Positions 17,949 through 28,746 of a stretch of DNA of 64,000 bases are shown one piece after another (the stretch's first letter is position 1; every line of letters begins with the position of its first letter). The stretch spans positions 2,942-66,941 of the forward strand of contig CASLVD010000002.1 in assembly GCA_949398305.1 (NCBI GenBank). The letters are read 5' to 3'. Below the pieces are notes generated by a model. That model ran no database searches, was not told where the DNA came from, and was given only the letters and a program-made list of their open reading frames with translations. Both the position numbers and the translations under genes were made by a program. The DNA is from an uncultured Candidatus Melainabacteria bacterium. GTDB lineage: Bacteria > Cyanobacteriota > Vampirovibrionia > Gastranaerophilales > Gastranaerophilaceae.

Positions 17949-19484
17949 ATGACAATTACTCAGATTTGCAAAAAACGAAAAGTCCCTATCTGGTTGATTG
18001 CTGTATCAATACTGATGCCGACTTCATTTTCGGCATTAGCAACTACCGCAACTAATGTTGCTATTCCGCATATATCAGGATATTTTGCGGCAACAGCAGA
18101 TGAAGCAAAATGGATTGTAACATCATATATGGTAGCAAATGCTTGTATGATTATGCTTTCCGGTTGGTTTGAACATTTACTCGGACGTAAACAGTTTATG
18201 AAAATCAGTGTTGTTATATTTACCTTAGGTGCTCTTATTTGTACGGTTGCACCTTCTTTAAATATGATGGTTCTGGGGCGTTTAATTCAGGGGATTGGCG
18301 GCGGACCTATGACACCGATGTCGCAAACTGTTTTATTATCGGCATTTCCTACTGAGAAAAAGGGACTTGCGATGTCATTATTTGGCTTTGCTGTTATGGT
18401 TTGCGCAATTTTAGGACCGTCTTTTGGTGGATTTTTGGTTGATAATCTTAATTGGCATTATATTTATTCGGTTAATATTCCGATAGGGATTGTTTCCTAT
18501 ATGTTAATTTGTCGAAATATTGAAGAAGCTGCACCAAAGATAAACAAACCGAATATGGATTTTGTTGGTATGACAGCACTTATTTTATGGCTTGTGTCGA
18601 TGCAAATAGTTCTTGATAAGGGTCAGCAGTATAATTGGTTTGATTGCGGGTGGATTTGCTGGTTATCAGGCTTTTCTCTTGTGGTTTTAACGTTCTTAAT
18701 TGTTTGGGAAATTGAAAACAAAAATTCTTTTATAAAAGTCAGATTATTTAAGGATAAGAATTTTTTCATCGGGACGATTATTTCAACTGTTGTCAGTATG
18801 GTAGTATTTACAACAATGTATCTTGCTCCGCAATTTATACAAAATATTCTTGGGTATACTGCTTTGTTAAGCGGGTTATCAATGGCTCCGAGGGTAATTT
18901 CTTGTGTTATAATGCTTGCTGTGATTCCGTTTTTAATGAGAATATATGATAGCAGATTATTAATTGCAATCGGATTTTTCTTTTTAGGACTTGCAACATT
19001 TATGTATACAAATGTGAATTTGGCAGTATCATTTTTATTTGTGTCAATTCCAAATATTCTTTTAGGGGTAGGGGTAATTTTAACGTTTATTCCAATTTCA
19101 GCATTGGCTTTAGGTACATTGCCAAAAGATCAACTTGCAAATGGTGCAAGCTTACATAATTTTTGTAAAACCATTGGTGTTGCCGTTGTAGTTTCAATGT
19201 CATCCACACTTGTTGCCAGACATTCACAAATTCACCAAAATTATTTGGTTGATAATTTGTCTAATTATAATTTAATATTTCAACAAAAAATGGCAGGTTG
19301 GGTTCATACTTTCATGAGTGGAGCATCAAGTTCATTTGCTATTAATAAAGCTAATGCTTATGCTTATAAGCAAATGATTACTCAATCAACATTATTTGCT
19401 TATGTTGATACTTTTGCTATTGTAGCTATGCTCGCATTTATACTAATTCCACTGCCATTTTTTATGAAACTTAGAAATAAATAG
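17949..19484 (+). CDS. DHA2-family MFS efflux transporter (EmrB/QacA-like)
   Basis: 511 aa with about 14 hydrophobic segments and the MFS motif GRLIQGIGGG. Confidence 0.85.
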   Translation: MTITQICKKRKVPIWLIAVSILMPTSFSALATTATNVAIPHISGYFAATADEAKWIVTSYMVANACMIMLSGWFEHLLGRKQFMKISVVIFTLGALICTVAPSLNMMVLGRLIQGIGGGPMTPMSQTVLLSAFPTEKKGLAMSLFGFAVMVCAILGPSFGGFLVDNLNWHYIYSVNIPIGIVSYMLICRNIEEAAPKINKPNMDFVGMTALILWLVSMQIVLDKGQQYNWFDCGWICWLSGFSLVVLTFLIVWEIENKNSFIKVRLFKDKNFFIGTIISTVVSMVVFTTMYLAPQFIQNILGYTALLSGLSMAPRVISCVIMLAVIPFLMRIYDSRLLIAIGFFFLGLATFMYTNVNLAVSFLFVSIPNILLGVGVILTFIPISALALGTLPKDQLANGASLHNFCKTIGVAVVVSMSSTLVARHSQIHQNYLVDNLSNYNLIFQQKMAGWVHTFMSGASSSFAINKANAYAYKQMITQSTLFAYVDTFAIVAMLAFILIPLPFFMKLRNK

Positions 19485-19490
19485 AATTGT

Positions 19491-21329
19491 TTATTTTAAA
19501 TTTTGTATATCTTTAATAATTAATTCCGGTGTTAAGTGGTATATTTTATAAAGTTCTTCAAGAGGTACTCTATCAGTGAATTCTTTTTTTGCACCGTAAT
19601 TTAAAACTTTCATATCTGAATTCCCATAAAATCTTGTGATTTTTTCTCCAAAACCACCATCTAAAATTCCACTTTCAAGTGTAATTACAATTTTATGTTC
19701 TTTCTTTAGATTATTCAAAAGTTCTTTATCAATACCTGTGAGATATACGGGATTGATTAAAGTTGCATTAATTCCTAATTGTTTTGAAATTTCAACTTTT
19801 AAATTTTCTCCTAATTGATAGAAGTTACCGGCTGCAATAATTGCTATTTCAGAGCCTTTTTTTTCAACTTTAAATTTGTTTAATTTAGAATAATCAGTTT
19901 TATCGGTTTTTCCTGTTGAAATGACGCTTCCGGAAGGAACTCTTATAGCAACAGGATGTTCTTTTTGAGTTGTTGCCCAATTAAGCATTTCTAAGTATTC
20001 TTCTTTTGTTGTTGGAGCAAGATATACAATATTAGGAATATTACTTATCAAAGATATATCAAAAGTTCCTAAATGAGTCATATCAGCTCCGCTAATACCG
20101 CCGCCAAAAATGAGAATTGTTGCAGGATTATTGTTTAAAGCTAAATCTTGAGATAATTGATCATAAGTTCTTTGTATAAATGAACTCATAACTTCCAGTA
20201 CAGGGGTTGCACCATTAGCAGCTGCACCTGAGATAAATCCGACAGCTTGTTGTTCTGCAATACCTACATCAACATAGTTTTTGCCAAGTTTTGCTCTAAC
20301 ATCAGGAGTTAAACCTGTTGCCCCCGGTGTTGCAGGACTTACTACAATCAGAGATTTATCTTTTTTGTATTTACTTAAAAGGAAGTCAGAAGTGATTTTG
20401 TTGTAATTTTCAGAAGATAATTTTGTTTGTGGTGTTAGAAATCCAGGCATTTGAAAGTGATAAGCTTCTTTATTTTCTTCAGCCGGAAGATATCCTTTAC
20501 CTTTGAGGGTATGAATATGTACAACGGTTGGTTTTGTTGTGTCTTTTACTTTTGAAAATAATTTAATCAATGCATCTGTGTTATTTCCATTTTCGAGGTA
20601 GTAATAATCAAATCCCAAAGATTTGAAAAAGTTGTTTTGAGTTTTTCCGTTTGTATCGCGTAATTCTTTTAATGCGGTATAAAGTCCGCCGTGATTTTCG
20701 GCAATTGCCATTTCATTATCGTTTACGATAATGATGAAATTACTGCCAAGAACAGCGGCATTACTTAAACCTTCTAAAGCTTCACCGCCAGAAAGTGAAC
20801 CATCACCAATAACAGCAACAATATTATATTTTTCACCTTTTAAATCTCTGGCTTTTGCCATACCTGTTGAAAGACTTAAAGATGTTGAGGTATGTCCGAC
20901 TTTGAAGTAATCATATATGCTTTCATCTTGATTTGAATATCCTGATATATTGGTATTGATTGGATTTAAAAAACCATCTTTTCTTCCTGTCAGCATTTTG
21001 TGCGGGTATATTTGGTGAGAAACATCAAATACGATTTTATCTTTAGGCGAATTGAAAACATAATGAAGAGCAATTGTAGGTTCAACAAATCCTAAATCCG
21101 GTCCTAAGTGCCCACCGATTGTGTTTGCACGATTAATAATTCCAAATCTTAAATCATCTGCAAGCAAATCAATTTGAGATTTATTAAGTTTTTTCACATC
21201 TTGAGGTGAATTAATGTTTTCTAAAACTTTCACTTGATAATCTTTATTTAAATATTCCTGACCGGCAAAAGCACAACTGCAGCTGATGCTCATTGCTGCT
21301 ATCATAGATATTAATAATTTCTTTTTCAT
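19491..21329 (-). CDS. 1-deoxy-D-xylulose-5-phosphate synthase-like transketolase with N-terminal signal-like extension
   Basis: GGHLGPDLGFVEPTIALHYVF and the GDGSLSGGEALEGLSNA TPP motif. Residues 1-23, MKKKLLISMIAAMSISCSCAFAG, look like a signal peptide. An alternative in-frame GTG lies at 21231-21233. Confidence 0.75.
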   Translation of the reverse strand: MKKKLLISMIAAMSISCSCAFAGQEYLNKDYQVKVLENINSPQDVKKLNKSQIDLLADDLRFGIINRANTIGGHLGPDLGFVEPTIALHYVFNSPKDKIVFDVSHQIYPHKMLTGRKDGFLNPINTNISGYSNQDESIYDYFKVGHTSTSLSLSTGMAKARDLKGEKYNIVAVIGDGSLSGGEALEGLSNAAVLGSNFIIIVNDNEMAIAENHGGLYTALKELRDTNGKTQNNFFKSLGFDYYYLENGNNTDALIKLFSKVKDTTKPTVVHIHTLKGKGYLPAEENKEAYHFQMPGFLTPQTKLSSENYNKITSDFLLSKYKKDKSLIVVSPATPGATGLTPDVRAKLGKNYVDVGIAEQQAVGFISGAAANGATPVLEVMSSFIQRTYDQLSQDLALNNNPATILIFGGGISGADMTHLGTFDISLISNIPNIVYLAPTTKEEYLEMLNWATTQKEHPVAIRVPSGSVISTGKTDKTDYSKLNKFKVEKKGSEIAIIAAGNFYQLGENLKVEISKQLGINATLINPVYLTGIDKELLNNLKKEHKIVITLESGILDGGFGEKITRFYGNSDMKVLNYGAKKEFTDRVPLEELYKIYHLTPELIIKDIQNLK

Positions 21330-21367
21330 GTATTATTTCCCTCTCTTTATTTTAATTATTTTAAATA

Positions 21368-21937
21368 TTAAAATTTTAGTTTATTCAGCCAATCTTTTAT
21401 TTGATTATTTGTATTTGAATCACCTTTGTTATAAACAACAAGTGGTTGCAAAACTTTAGAATCTTTAGCCAGTTTACCCATATCTTCTGCTATAGTGTAT
21501 TTACCGCCGCCACCGTGAGTAATAAACGGAACAATAGTTTTACCTTCAAAATTATTTTCACTTAAAAAAGTTTTAACCGCAGGTGCCATATCATACCACC
21601 AAGCAGGAGTTCCGACAAAAATTATGTCATAATTCAAAACATCACCATTATCTTTTAATTCCGGTTTTGTACCTTCTTCATGTTGTTTTTTTGCAACTCC
21701 ATATGCAGCTTCATTGTAATCTTTTGGATATGGAACAGCTGTTTCAATTCTAAACATATCTCCGCCTGTTATATTGTGAATTTTTTCAGCTATATATTTT
21801 GTGTTACCACCCCATGAAAAATATGCGATTAATATTTTTTTGTCCATAAGACCTCCTTGTAAATTATTATTTTGTGCAAATGTACAGCCGGTACAAATTA
21901 ATAGTATTGGTAAAATAAATAATAAAAGTTTTTTCAT
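21368..21937 (-). CDS. Flavodoxin-family protein with lipoprotein-type signal peptide
   Basis: 189 aa. It has the lipobox-like LLICTGC followed by a flavodoxin fold pattern (ILIAYFSWGGNT...FVGTPAWW). Confidence 0.7.
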   Translation of the reverse strand: MKKLLLFILPILLICTGCTFAQNNNLQGGLMDKKILIAYFSWGGNTKYIAEKIHNITGGDMFRIETAVPYPKDYNEAAYGVAKKQHEEGTKPELKDNGDVLNYDIIFVGTPAWWYDMAPAVKTFLSENNFEGKTIVPFITHGGGGKYTIAEDMGKLAKDSKVLQPLVVYNKGDSNTNNQIKDWLNKLKF

Positions 21938-21942
21938 AATAG

Positions 21943-22578
21943 TTACCTGATAAAATTAGTGAACACAACATCTTCTTGTTTTGGAAGCTCAATTCCTGCA
22001 TTTTTGCCGGCTTCAATGCATTTTAGATAATAAGCCATGTTACGTGCAAGGATTCTCATATTTTGCATTCCTTCCAAATCCTGACGGACATCATCAGGGG
22101 TATGACCATGAACCATATTCCAATATCTGCCTGAAATTATAGGCATTTGAGTAATTGTAAAATATCTGTTTAATTGATCTAATGTTGCAGTTGTGCCGGC
22201 ACGTCTTGCGCTGACAACTGCAGCTCCCGGTTTGTGTAAGAAAATATTTCCTCTGCCTGACATAAAAGCAGTGAAAAATGCTCTATTTAAGAATGAAACC
22301 GCACCTCCGGCTGCTGCTGCGTAATAAACAGGCGAACCCAGAATAAATGCATCAAAATCTTTTGCATATTCTAAAAATTCGTTTACACCATCATCAATTA
22401 CGCATTTGCCAAGTTTTGCACAAGCTCGGCAAGCTCTGCACCCGCTAATTTGTTTAGTCCCGATTTGATAAATTTCAGAGTCAATACCTTCTTCTTTTAA
22501 TGTTTTTTGAATTTCACTTAATGCAGTATAAGTACAACCATCTTTATGCGGTGAACCGTTAAATAATAAAACTTTCAT
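21943..22578 (-). CDS. Flavodoxin/NADPH-dependent FMN reductase family protein (Cys-rich, iron-sulfur flavoprotein-like)
   Basis: MKVLLFNGSPHKDGCTY start and the cysteine cluster CRACRACAKLGKC. Confidence 0.7.
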   Translation of the reverse strand: MKVLLFNGSPHKDGCTYTALSEIQKTLKEEGIDSEIYQIGTKQISGCRACRACAKLGKCVIDDGVNEFLEYAKDFDAFILGSPVYYAAAAGGAVSFLNRAFFTAFMSGRGNIFLHKPGAAVVSARRAGTTATLDQLNRYFTITQMPIISGRYWNMVHGHTPDDVRQDLEGMQNMRILARNMAYYLKCIEAGKNAGIELPKQEDVVFTNFIR

Positions 22579-22588
22579 TTATTTCTCC

Positions 22589-23605
22589 TTATTTTAATTT
22601 GCTGTATTCTTCATCTGATACTTTTTCAAGCCATTCTGTTGATGCACCTTCTGCCGGAACAGCGATTGCAATATGAGCAAACCAACTGTCAGAAGCTGCG
22701 CCATGCCAGTGTTTTACTCCTGCCGGAATGTTAACCACATCACCGGCTTTTAATTCTTGCGCAGGTTTTCCCCATTCTTGGTAATATCCTCTGCCTGATG
22801 TTACAAGAAGAATTTGTCCGCCTTTATGGTGTATATGCCAGTTATTACGGCAGCCCGGTTCAAATGTTACATTTGCACTGTTCACACCTTCAGTTGTTAA
22901 TGGTTGTAGATAACTTTGGCCTATAAAATATTGTGCATAAGCATCGTTTTTCATGCCCAATGCAAAAGCGCCGCTTCGAGCACTTTTTGTAAGGTCTAAA
23001 ATTGCATTAATTTGTTCATCAGTTAATCCGGTATTTTTACCAATTTGGATATGCGATTTCAACTGTGAGTCAACCCCTTCAAGAGAAGATAATGCAGAAA
23101 TTGTTGCAATTTCTCTTTCCTGATAAGTTAAAACTCCGCGTGCAAAAATATCAGCAAATAAATGTTCTTTTAAATATTGGTCAATTGCAGGCGCAAATGC
23201 AAAAACTCCGCCTTTAATATGTCCGCCTGTAAGCTCAACTTGAACATTGTCACCGTAAGCAAATTTATCGGTGTTTGCAGGTAAAACTTTTCCTTCTTCA
23301 CCATTTTTTATATCGGTTCTTGATTCAACAACTTTTTTAAATGTTGTTATTGCATTTAAGCTTCTTGGAAAACCACAGTATGCATACATTTGAACAAGAA
23401 TTTCTTTAATTTGGTTTGCTGTCATTTCGTTATCAAGTGCTTTACTAAGTGCTTTTTCAAGATTTTCCATATCACCGCGTGCAGTGTATGATGAGATTTT
23501 TACAATGCTTTGCTGTTTTGTTGTCAAAGTTGTATCTGCCATACAATTACCTCCAAAATTTAATATAAAAAGTGTCGAAATAATTAATAATAAAAATTTT
23601 TTCAT
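22589..23605 (-). CDS. Carboxymuconolactone decarboxylase-family + cupin fusion protein with signal peptide
   Basis: 338 aa with an N-terminal hydrophobic leader, a CMD-like middle and a C-terminal cupin (NWHIHHKGGQILLVTSGRGYY...HWHGA). Confidence 0.65.
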   Translation of the reverse strand: MKKFLLLIISTLFILNFGGNCMADTTLTTKQQSIVKISSYTARGDMENLEKALSKALDNEMTANQIKEILVQMYAYCGFPRSLNAITTFKKVVESRTDIKNGEEGKVLPANTDKFAYGDNVQVELTGGHIKGGVFAFAPAIDQYLKEHLFADIFARGVLTYQEREIATISALSSLEGVDSQLKSHIQIGKNTGLTDEQINAILDLTKSARSGAFALGMKNDAYAQYFIGQSYLQPLTTEGVNSANVTFEPGCRNNWHIHHKGGQILLVTSGRGYYQEWGKPAQELKAGDVVNIPAGVKHWHGAASDSWFAHIAIAVPAEGASTEWLEKVSDEEYSKLK

Positions 23606-23721
23606 ATTTTAAATCCTCATAATAATCCAATTTATATTATTTACAATTTTTTTTAAATTTTTAAGACCTAATTCTATCTTTTTCTTATCTAATTCTATCA
23701 TTTTTGTGCTAAAATTTTGTT

Positions 23722-24606
23722 ATGAATAAAATTGAACAACTAAAAGAAAAAATTATTAAACTATATCAAGAACCGGGATATTATGATACTCCTATTAAAG
23801 GTTTTAAAGTATCAAAAAGAGAAGTTCCAACTGAGCTTAAAAAATGTTTTTATAAACCTCTTGCGATATTATTTTTACAAGGAAGTAAACAAACTATTTT
23901 TGGTGATAAAGAATTCACTTTTAGTAAAGGTCAATATGTTGTATGTTCCGTTGATATTCCTTTGATGAGCAGGATTAAAAACGCAACAAAAGAAAATCCT
24001 TGTCTTGGGCTTGTTATAGAACTTGATTCTTATCTAATTTCTCAATTAATGACAGAAATGAATACTGCAGAATTTGAATACAATGAAAACTCAACTTGTT
24101 TTGCCGGAGCAGATGCTGATGAAGACTTAATTAGTGCATTTATGAGGTTGGTTGAGTTATTAGAACAAACTGATGATAAACAAAAAATATTAGCGCCAAT
24201 GATTATGAAAGAAATTCACTATTTGTTATTATCAGGTCCTTTGGGAAATTTGATTAAAGCTGCAAATACAAAAGGTAATCAGTATAACCAAATTGCAGAT
24301 GCGATTAATTTATTAAAAGAAAATTATAAAAAGAAAATAAATATGGATGAATTGGCAAGAAGTTTAAACCTTGCACCATCATCTTTTTATAGATATTTTA
24401 AAAATGTTACAAATGTTTCGCCTTTACAATATCAAAAACAATTAAAACTTTATGAGGCTCAACGTTTAATGTTAACGGGGGTACACAATGCAGAATCTGC
24501 AAGTTATCTTGTCGGGTATGAAAGTCCGACACAATTTAGCAGAGAATATAAAAAAATGTTTGGTAATCCTCCAAAAACAGATATTAAGAATTTAACTACT
24601 ACGTAA
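23722..24606 (+). CDS. AraC-family transcriptional regulator
   Basis: 294 aa with a C-terminal double HTH (MDELARSLNLAPSSFYRYFKNVTNVSPLQYQKQLKLYEAQRLM...PTQFSREYKKMFG). Confidence 0.85.
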   Translation: MNKIEQLKEKIIKLYQEPGYYDTPIKGFKVSKREVPTELKKCFYKPLAILFLQGSKQTIFGDKEFTFSKGQYVVCSVDIPLMSRIKNATKENPCLGLVIELDSYLISQLMTEMNTAEFEYNENSTCFAGADADEDLISAFMRLVELLEQTDDKQKILAPMIMKEIHYLLLSGPLGNLIKAANTKGNQYNQIADAINLLKENYKKKINMDELARSLNLAPSSFYRYFKNVTNVSPLQYQKQLKLYEAQRLMLTGVHNAESASYLVGYESPTQFSREYKKMFGNPPKTDIKNLTTT

Positions 24607-24618
24607 AAGGAGATTTTG

Positions 24619-25059
24619 ATGCAAGATATTAAATTATTAGGGCTTGATGCTGACGGTGTTGAAAAAGAATATTCATTAGCAGATTTTCAAGGTAAAAAAG
24701 TTGTTTTATACTTTTATCCGAAGGATAATACTTCAGGATGTACTCAAGAAGCCTGTGATTTTAGAGATAATATCAATCGTTTGACAAGTTATGCTGTTGT
24801 AATAGGTGTTAGTCCGGATAGTATAAAAAGTCATAAATCTTTCAAAGAAAAACAAAGTTTGAATTTTATTTTACTTTCTGATTCTGAACATAAGCTTGCG
24901 GAATCATTTGCAGTATGGAAAGAAAAATCAATGTATGGCAGAAAATACATGGGAATTGAACGTTCAACATTTATTCTGGATGAAAACGGCAATATAGAAA
25001 AAGAGTGGCGAAAAGTTAAAGTTAAAGGGCATGTTGATGAGGTAATTTCTTATTTATAA
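24619..25059 (+). CDS. bcp: Thiol peroxidase Bcp (peroxiredoxin)
   Basis: FYPKDNTSGCTQEACDFRD active-site box. ATG 24619 is preferred over the track's TTG 24616 because the SD AAAGGAG lies 6 nt upstream. Confidence 0.85.
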   Translation: MQDIKLLGLDADGVEKEYSLADFQGKKVVLYFYPKDNTSGCTQEACDFRDNINRLTSYAVVIGVSPDSIKSHKSFKEKQSLNFILLSDSEHKLAESFAVWKEKSMYGRKYMGIERSTFILDENGNIEKEWRKVKVKGHVDEVISYL

Positions 25060-25071
25060 TTATAAATATTA

Positions 25072-26553
25072 CTACTTTTCAATTAATTCAAATTGCGGAT
25101 ATGTTGAGCCTTTTTCGTATTTATCAGAAGCTTGTATCAGAGCTTTTTTCAAAACTTCATCAATTGTAAGCTGTGTATTATTTATAATAACATCATTTTT
25201 AGCGGCTTTTTGAAGTGTTGTGAATCCTTGACCGCCGTCTGCTATGTATGAATCAATTGCGCATTTGTATTTTTTATTTGATGGAAGTGGAGTTGAGTTT
25301 TTATCAAGTAGCGGTTTGTTATCTATATATATTTGTTTAACTTCCCAGATACCTAAAGACGGATTATTTTTTCCTTCAATTTTAACATTGTTTGAACATT
25401 GGAGGAATTTAGGGTTGCTTAAGCTATATTCGTTGTTTCTTAATGCGTGGCTAAAAACTTCAAATATTTGCTGAGAATCCAGTTCAACTGTTTTAATAGG
25501 ATTTACTGCACTCATTGTTTTTCTGAAAAGATAATTTGTTATAAATGAGTCAGGTCGATAATCCATTGGTTTCATTATGAAGCCTGTTGAGAAAAATGCA
25601 ATATCAGCGTTAGCATCTGTTTTCATGTTATCTGCTAAAAAACTGCCTATAGGACAAGGTTTTGAATATTGTTTTGTAAGGTTTAATACATAGGGTGCAA
25701 GTTTTTCTGATAATCCGGAAGATTGTTCATATTCTTCTAAATCTTTGCTAAATACTTTATCAACTTTTAAACCTTCATTTTTAATCATCTCAACATTATT
25801 TACCTGTGATGAACCGTTATTATTTATAAGATTCATTTTGTACATAGAATCGCTGAATGAGTGAGGATAATATATGTTTAACTCTGTATCAGGAGGTACA
25901 ATATCGTGGTCATGACCGCCGATAACTATATCAATTTTTATACTGTTATTTTTACAGGTTTCAACAATATCCTTACTTACAGGCATGTAATCATGATTCA
26001 AAATGATTACATTTTCAGGTTTTTCTTTTTTTATGGCATTTAAAATTTCATTTATAACATCTGTTTGCGGTTTTGGTACTATACCGAATTTTGCGGTATT
26101 AATGTTGTTGATACAAAAACCTGTAATAAATGTTCTATCCCCGTCACGGTTAACCACGGTATATGGCAGCAGCCAGTCAGGACGTTTCCCATCTGTCTGG
26201 AAGATATTTGCGCAAACGGTTTTAATTCCTTTTGATGTGAAATTTCTTATTGTATCGATAAGATAATCAAGGCTTTCTCTATTAAATCCGAAATCATTGT
26301 TGCCGATTGTTGTTACCATTTCAATGTCAGGTTTTGCGGATTTCATTTTAATATAACTGTCACGTTCAAGATTTTTGGAATAAATTCCTTTAAACATATC
26401 TCCGCAGTTTAAAAATAATACATTTTTATCATTTATTGTTTCGTGCAAAATTCTGGACAAAAAGGCCCGGGTTTTTCTGGTTTCCTGATGGGAATCTGTA
26501 ATTGCATAAATTTTTGTCAGACCGGTAAATGAGGGTTGATTGTTTGTTATCAT
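25072..26553 (-). CDS. Metallophosphatase / 5'-nucleotidase family protein
   Basis: Motifs DSHQE, GDMFKG, GNNDF, NHDY and GGHDHD, plus a C-terminal nucleotidase-like domain. It has no classical signal peptide. The N-terminus is MITNNQPSFTG. Confidence 0.75.
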   Translation of the reverse strand: MITNNQPSFTGLTKIYAITDSHQETRKTRAFLSRILHETINDKNVLFLNCGDMFKGIYSKNLERDSYIKMKSAKPDIEMVTTIGNNDFGFNRESLDYLIDTIRNFTSKGIKTVCANIFQTDGKRPDWLLPYTVVNRDGDRTFITGFCINNINTAKFGIVPKPQTDVINEILNAIKKEKPENVIILNHDYMPVSKDIVETCKNNSIKIDIVIGGHDHDIVPPDTELNIYYPHSFSDSMYKMNLINNNGSSQVNNVEMIKNEGLKVDKVFSKDLEEYEQSSGLSEKLAPYVLNLTKQYSKPCPIGSFLADNMKTDANADIAFFSTGFIMKPMDYRPDSFITNYLFRKTMSAVNPIKTVELDSQQIFEVFSHALRNNEYSLSNPKFLQCSNNVKIEGKNNPSLGIWEVKQIYIDNKPLLDKNSTPLPSNKKYKCAIDSYIADGGQGFTTLQKAAKNDVIINNTQLTIDEVLKKALIQASDKYEKGSTYPQFELIEK

Positions 26554-26697
26554 AATAATTATAATAATACATGTAAAAATAAATTTTGCTATTGTTTAAA
26601 ACAAGATTATAAGCTTGACAATGCAATGTTAATATTGCATGATAATTATTGAAGTTGATAGAGATTTTATAATAAGAATTTGAGAATTAATTAAAAT

Positions 26698-28746
26698 ATG
26701 AGCCAATTATTAAAGACTAAAATAGAGAAAAAAAAGCCTGTAGATAATATTCAATTATACTCATTTGATATTTTTGATACCTTGATTACAAGGTTAACGG
26801 CAACTCCTTATGGAATTTTTGTTCTAATGCAAAATGAGCTGTTGTCCAATAAAATGTATGAATCTATGCCGTTATATTTTAGACAAAATTTTGCTGAATA
26901 CAGACGGATGAGTGAGCATTATTTATATTCATATAATGATTGTGTAAATGGTTTTATGGATTGCACATTTGATGAAATTTATGAAAATTTGCAGTCAAAC
27001 TATAATTTAACTGATAGTGATGTTCATCAATTAAAAGAGTTGGAATTAAGAACCGAATATAACAGTATTATCGGAATTCCGGTTAATATAAATATTATAA
27101 AAGATTTAATAGCTAATGAGAAAAAAGTTATATTAATTTCTGATATGTATCATTCTGCGGATGTTATAAGAAGCTGGCTTATGAAGGTTGATAACATTTT
27201 TGCAGATGTTAAAATTTATGTTTCAAGTGAATGCAGATGTAAAAAACGCGGTTCTGAATTATTTAAATATGTACAAAAACTTGAAAATGTTCCATATGAA
27301 AATTGGCATCATTATGGTGATAATGAGGTTTCTGATTTTCAGGATGCGGCAGCTATTGGTATTAAAGCAGAGAAATTCCTTTATACCAATTTAAAACCAT
27401 ATGAAAAAAAAGTAATTAATAAATATGTTAATGATACTGAAATACAGCTTTTAATAGGCTGTGCAAAAAATGTCAGATTATTGTCTGATGATTCAAAATT
27501 CGATTTAGGTGCATCTTTAACTGCTCCTATTTTAATTCCTTATGTTTTATGGGTTTTAGATGAAGCTGTTAAGAAAAATTTTAAAAGACTATATTTTATA
27601 GCACGTGACGGATTTATTTTAAAAGAAATAGCTGATTATATTATTAAAACCCGCAGTCTAAATATAGAAACAAAATATATTTACGGCTCCCGTGCAGCAT
27701 GGCAAAAGCCGTCTATTGCAGTATGTTTGGATAATCTTGATCCGATTATTATGCAATACGGTTTAAATAAAGAATTCTTAAGTAAAGCTCTTGGTGTCAG
27801 CGAAAAACGTTTAACAAAGTTTTTGCCTGAAAATTTGCGTGAATCAAACAAGAATTTTAATAAAGAGCAAAGAAAAGAAATCCTTGATGCATTGAAGGGC
27901 AACAAAAAATATATTTCAAAACTTCAATCTGAGAATATTGAAAAATGTGAAAATTTAATTGGTTATATGAAGCAGGAAATTGATTTTTCTGATGATAACT
28001 TTGCGTTTGTGGATTTATCCGGAAGCGGTGTAACGCAAAATTGTCTGGCATCAGTTATAAATACGTTCTATGATAAGCCGATTAATTCATTCTATTTTAG
28101 AAATGGTATTTATAAAGTTGAACCAAAAAATGTAAACAGATTTTATTTTATTCAAAGAAATGATGCTTGTGCGCTTTTAGAATTAACTTCGCGTGCTCCG
28201 CACGGTCAAACAACAGGATATAAATGTAATTCAGAAGGTAAATATGAACCGATTTTAGATAAAAATGATGTTGATACAAAATCCTGGGGATTTGATGCTT
28301 ATTTACAAGGGATTCTTTCTTTTGTACAGGGATATGAAGTTATATCAAGAAATTATTCTATTGATTGCAGATTCCCTGTTATTGCGAACGAGTATTCTGA
28401 TTGGCTTAAAACAGCGATTGATAAAGAAACAGCTGATGGTTTAGGGACAATTGTTTATGCCCATGTAGGTTCGCATGAAGGCAGGGAAGTCGCTCCAAAA
28501 ATTACGAGATTTCAGGCTTTTAAATACCTTTTGGGTATAAGTGATTTAAATACGGATTTGTATAGATTATCTTATGAACGCTCTAAAACCAGTGTTAAAA
28601 AGATTTTGAAGTATAAAGAAATTCATCCGGATTTAAGAAAACAGCTTATTCATGTTCACTTTATAAAGAAAAAGAAAGAGTTTTTTATAAATATTCTTGG
28701 TATAAGAATCAGTTTAAAAAGCTTGATATGGGGAAAGGATAAATAA
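26698..28746 (+). CDS. HAD-superfamily domain protein of the glycan locus
   Basis: 682 aa. It has the N-terminal DxDxT box SFDIFDTLITR and a second similar module around YFIARDGFILKE. Confidence 0.55.
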   Translation: MSQLLKTKIEKKKPVDNIQLYSFDIFDTLITRLTATPYGIFVLMQNELLSNKMYESMPLYFRQNFAEYRRMSEHYLYSYNDCVNGFMDCTFDEIYENLQSNYNLTDSDVHQLKELELRTEYNSIIGIPVNINIIKDLIANEKKVILISDMYHSADVIRSWLMKVDNIFADVKIYVSSECRCKKRGSELFKYVQKLENVPYENWHHYGDNEVSDFQDAAAIGIKAEKFLYTNLKPYEKKVINKYVNDTEIQLLIGCAKNVRLLSDDSKFDLGASLTAPILIPYVLWVLDEAVKKNFKRLYFIARDGFILKEIADYIIKTRSLNIETKYIYGSRAAWQKPSIAVCLDNLDPIIMQYGLNKEFLSKALGVSEKRLTKFLPENLRESNKNFNKEQRKEILDALKGNKKYISKLQSENIEKCENLIGYMKQEIDFSDDNFAFVDLSGSGVTQNCLASVINTFYDKPINSFYFRNGIYKVEPKNVNRFYFIQRNDACALLELTSRAPHGQTTGYKCNSEGKYEPILDKNDVDTKSWGFDAYLQGILSFVQGYEVISRNYSIDCRFPVIANEYSDWLKTAIDKETADGLGTIVYAHVGSHEGREVAPKITRFQAFKYLLGISDLNTDLYRLSYERSKTSVKKILKYKEIHPDLRKQLIHVHFIKKKKEFFINILGIRISLKSLIWGKDK

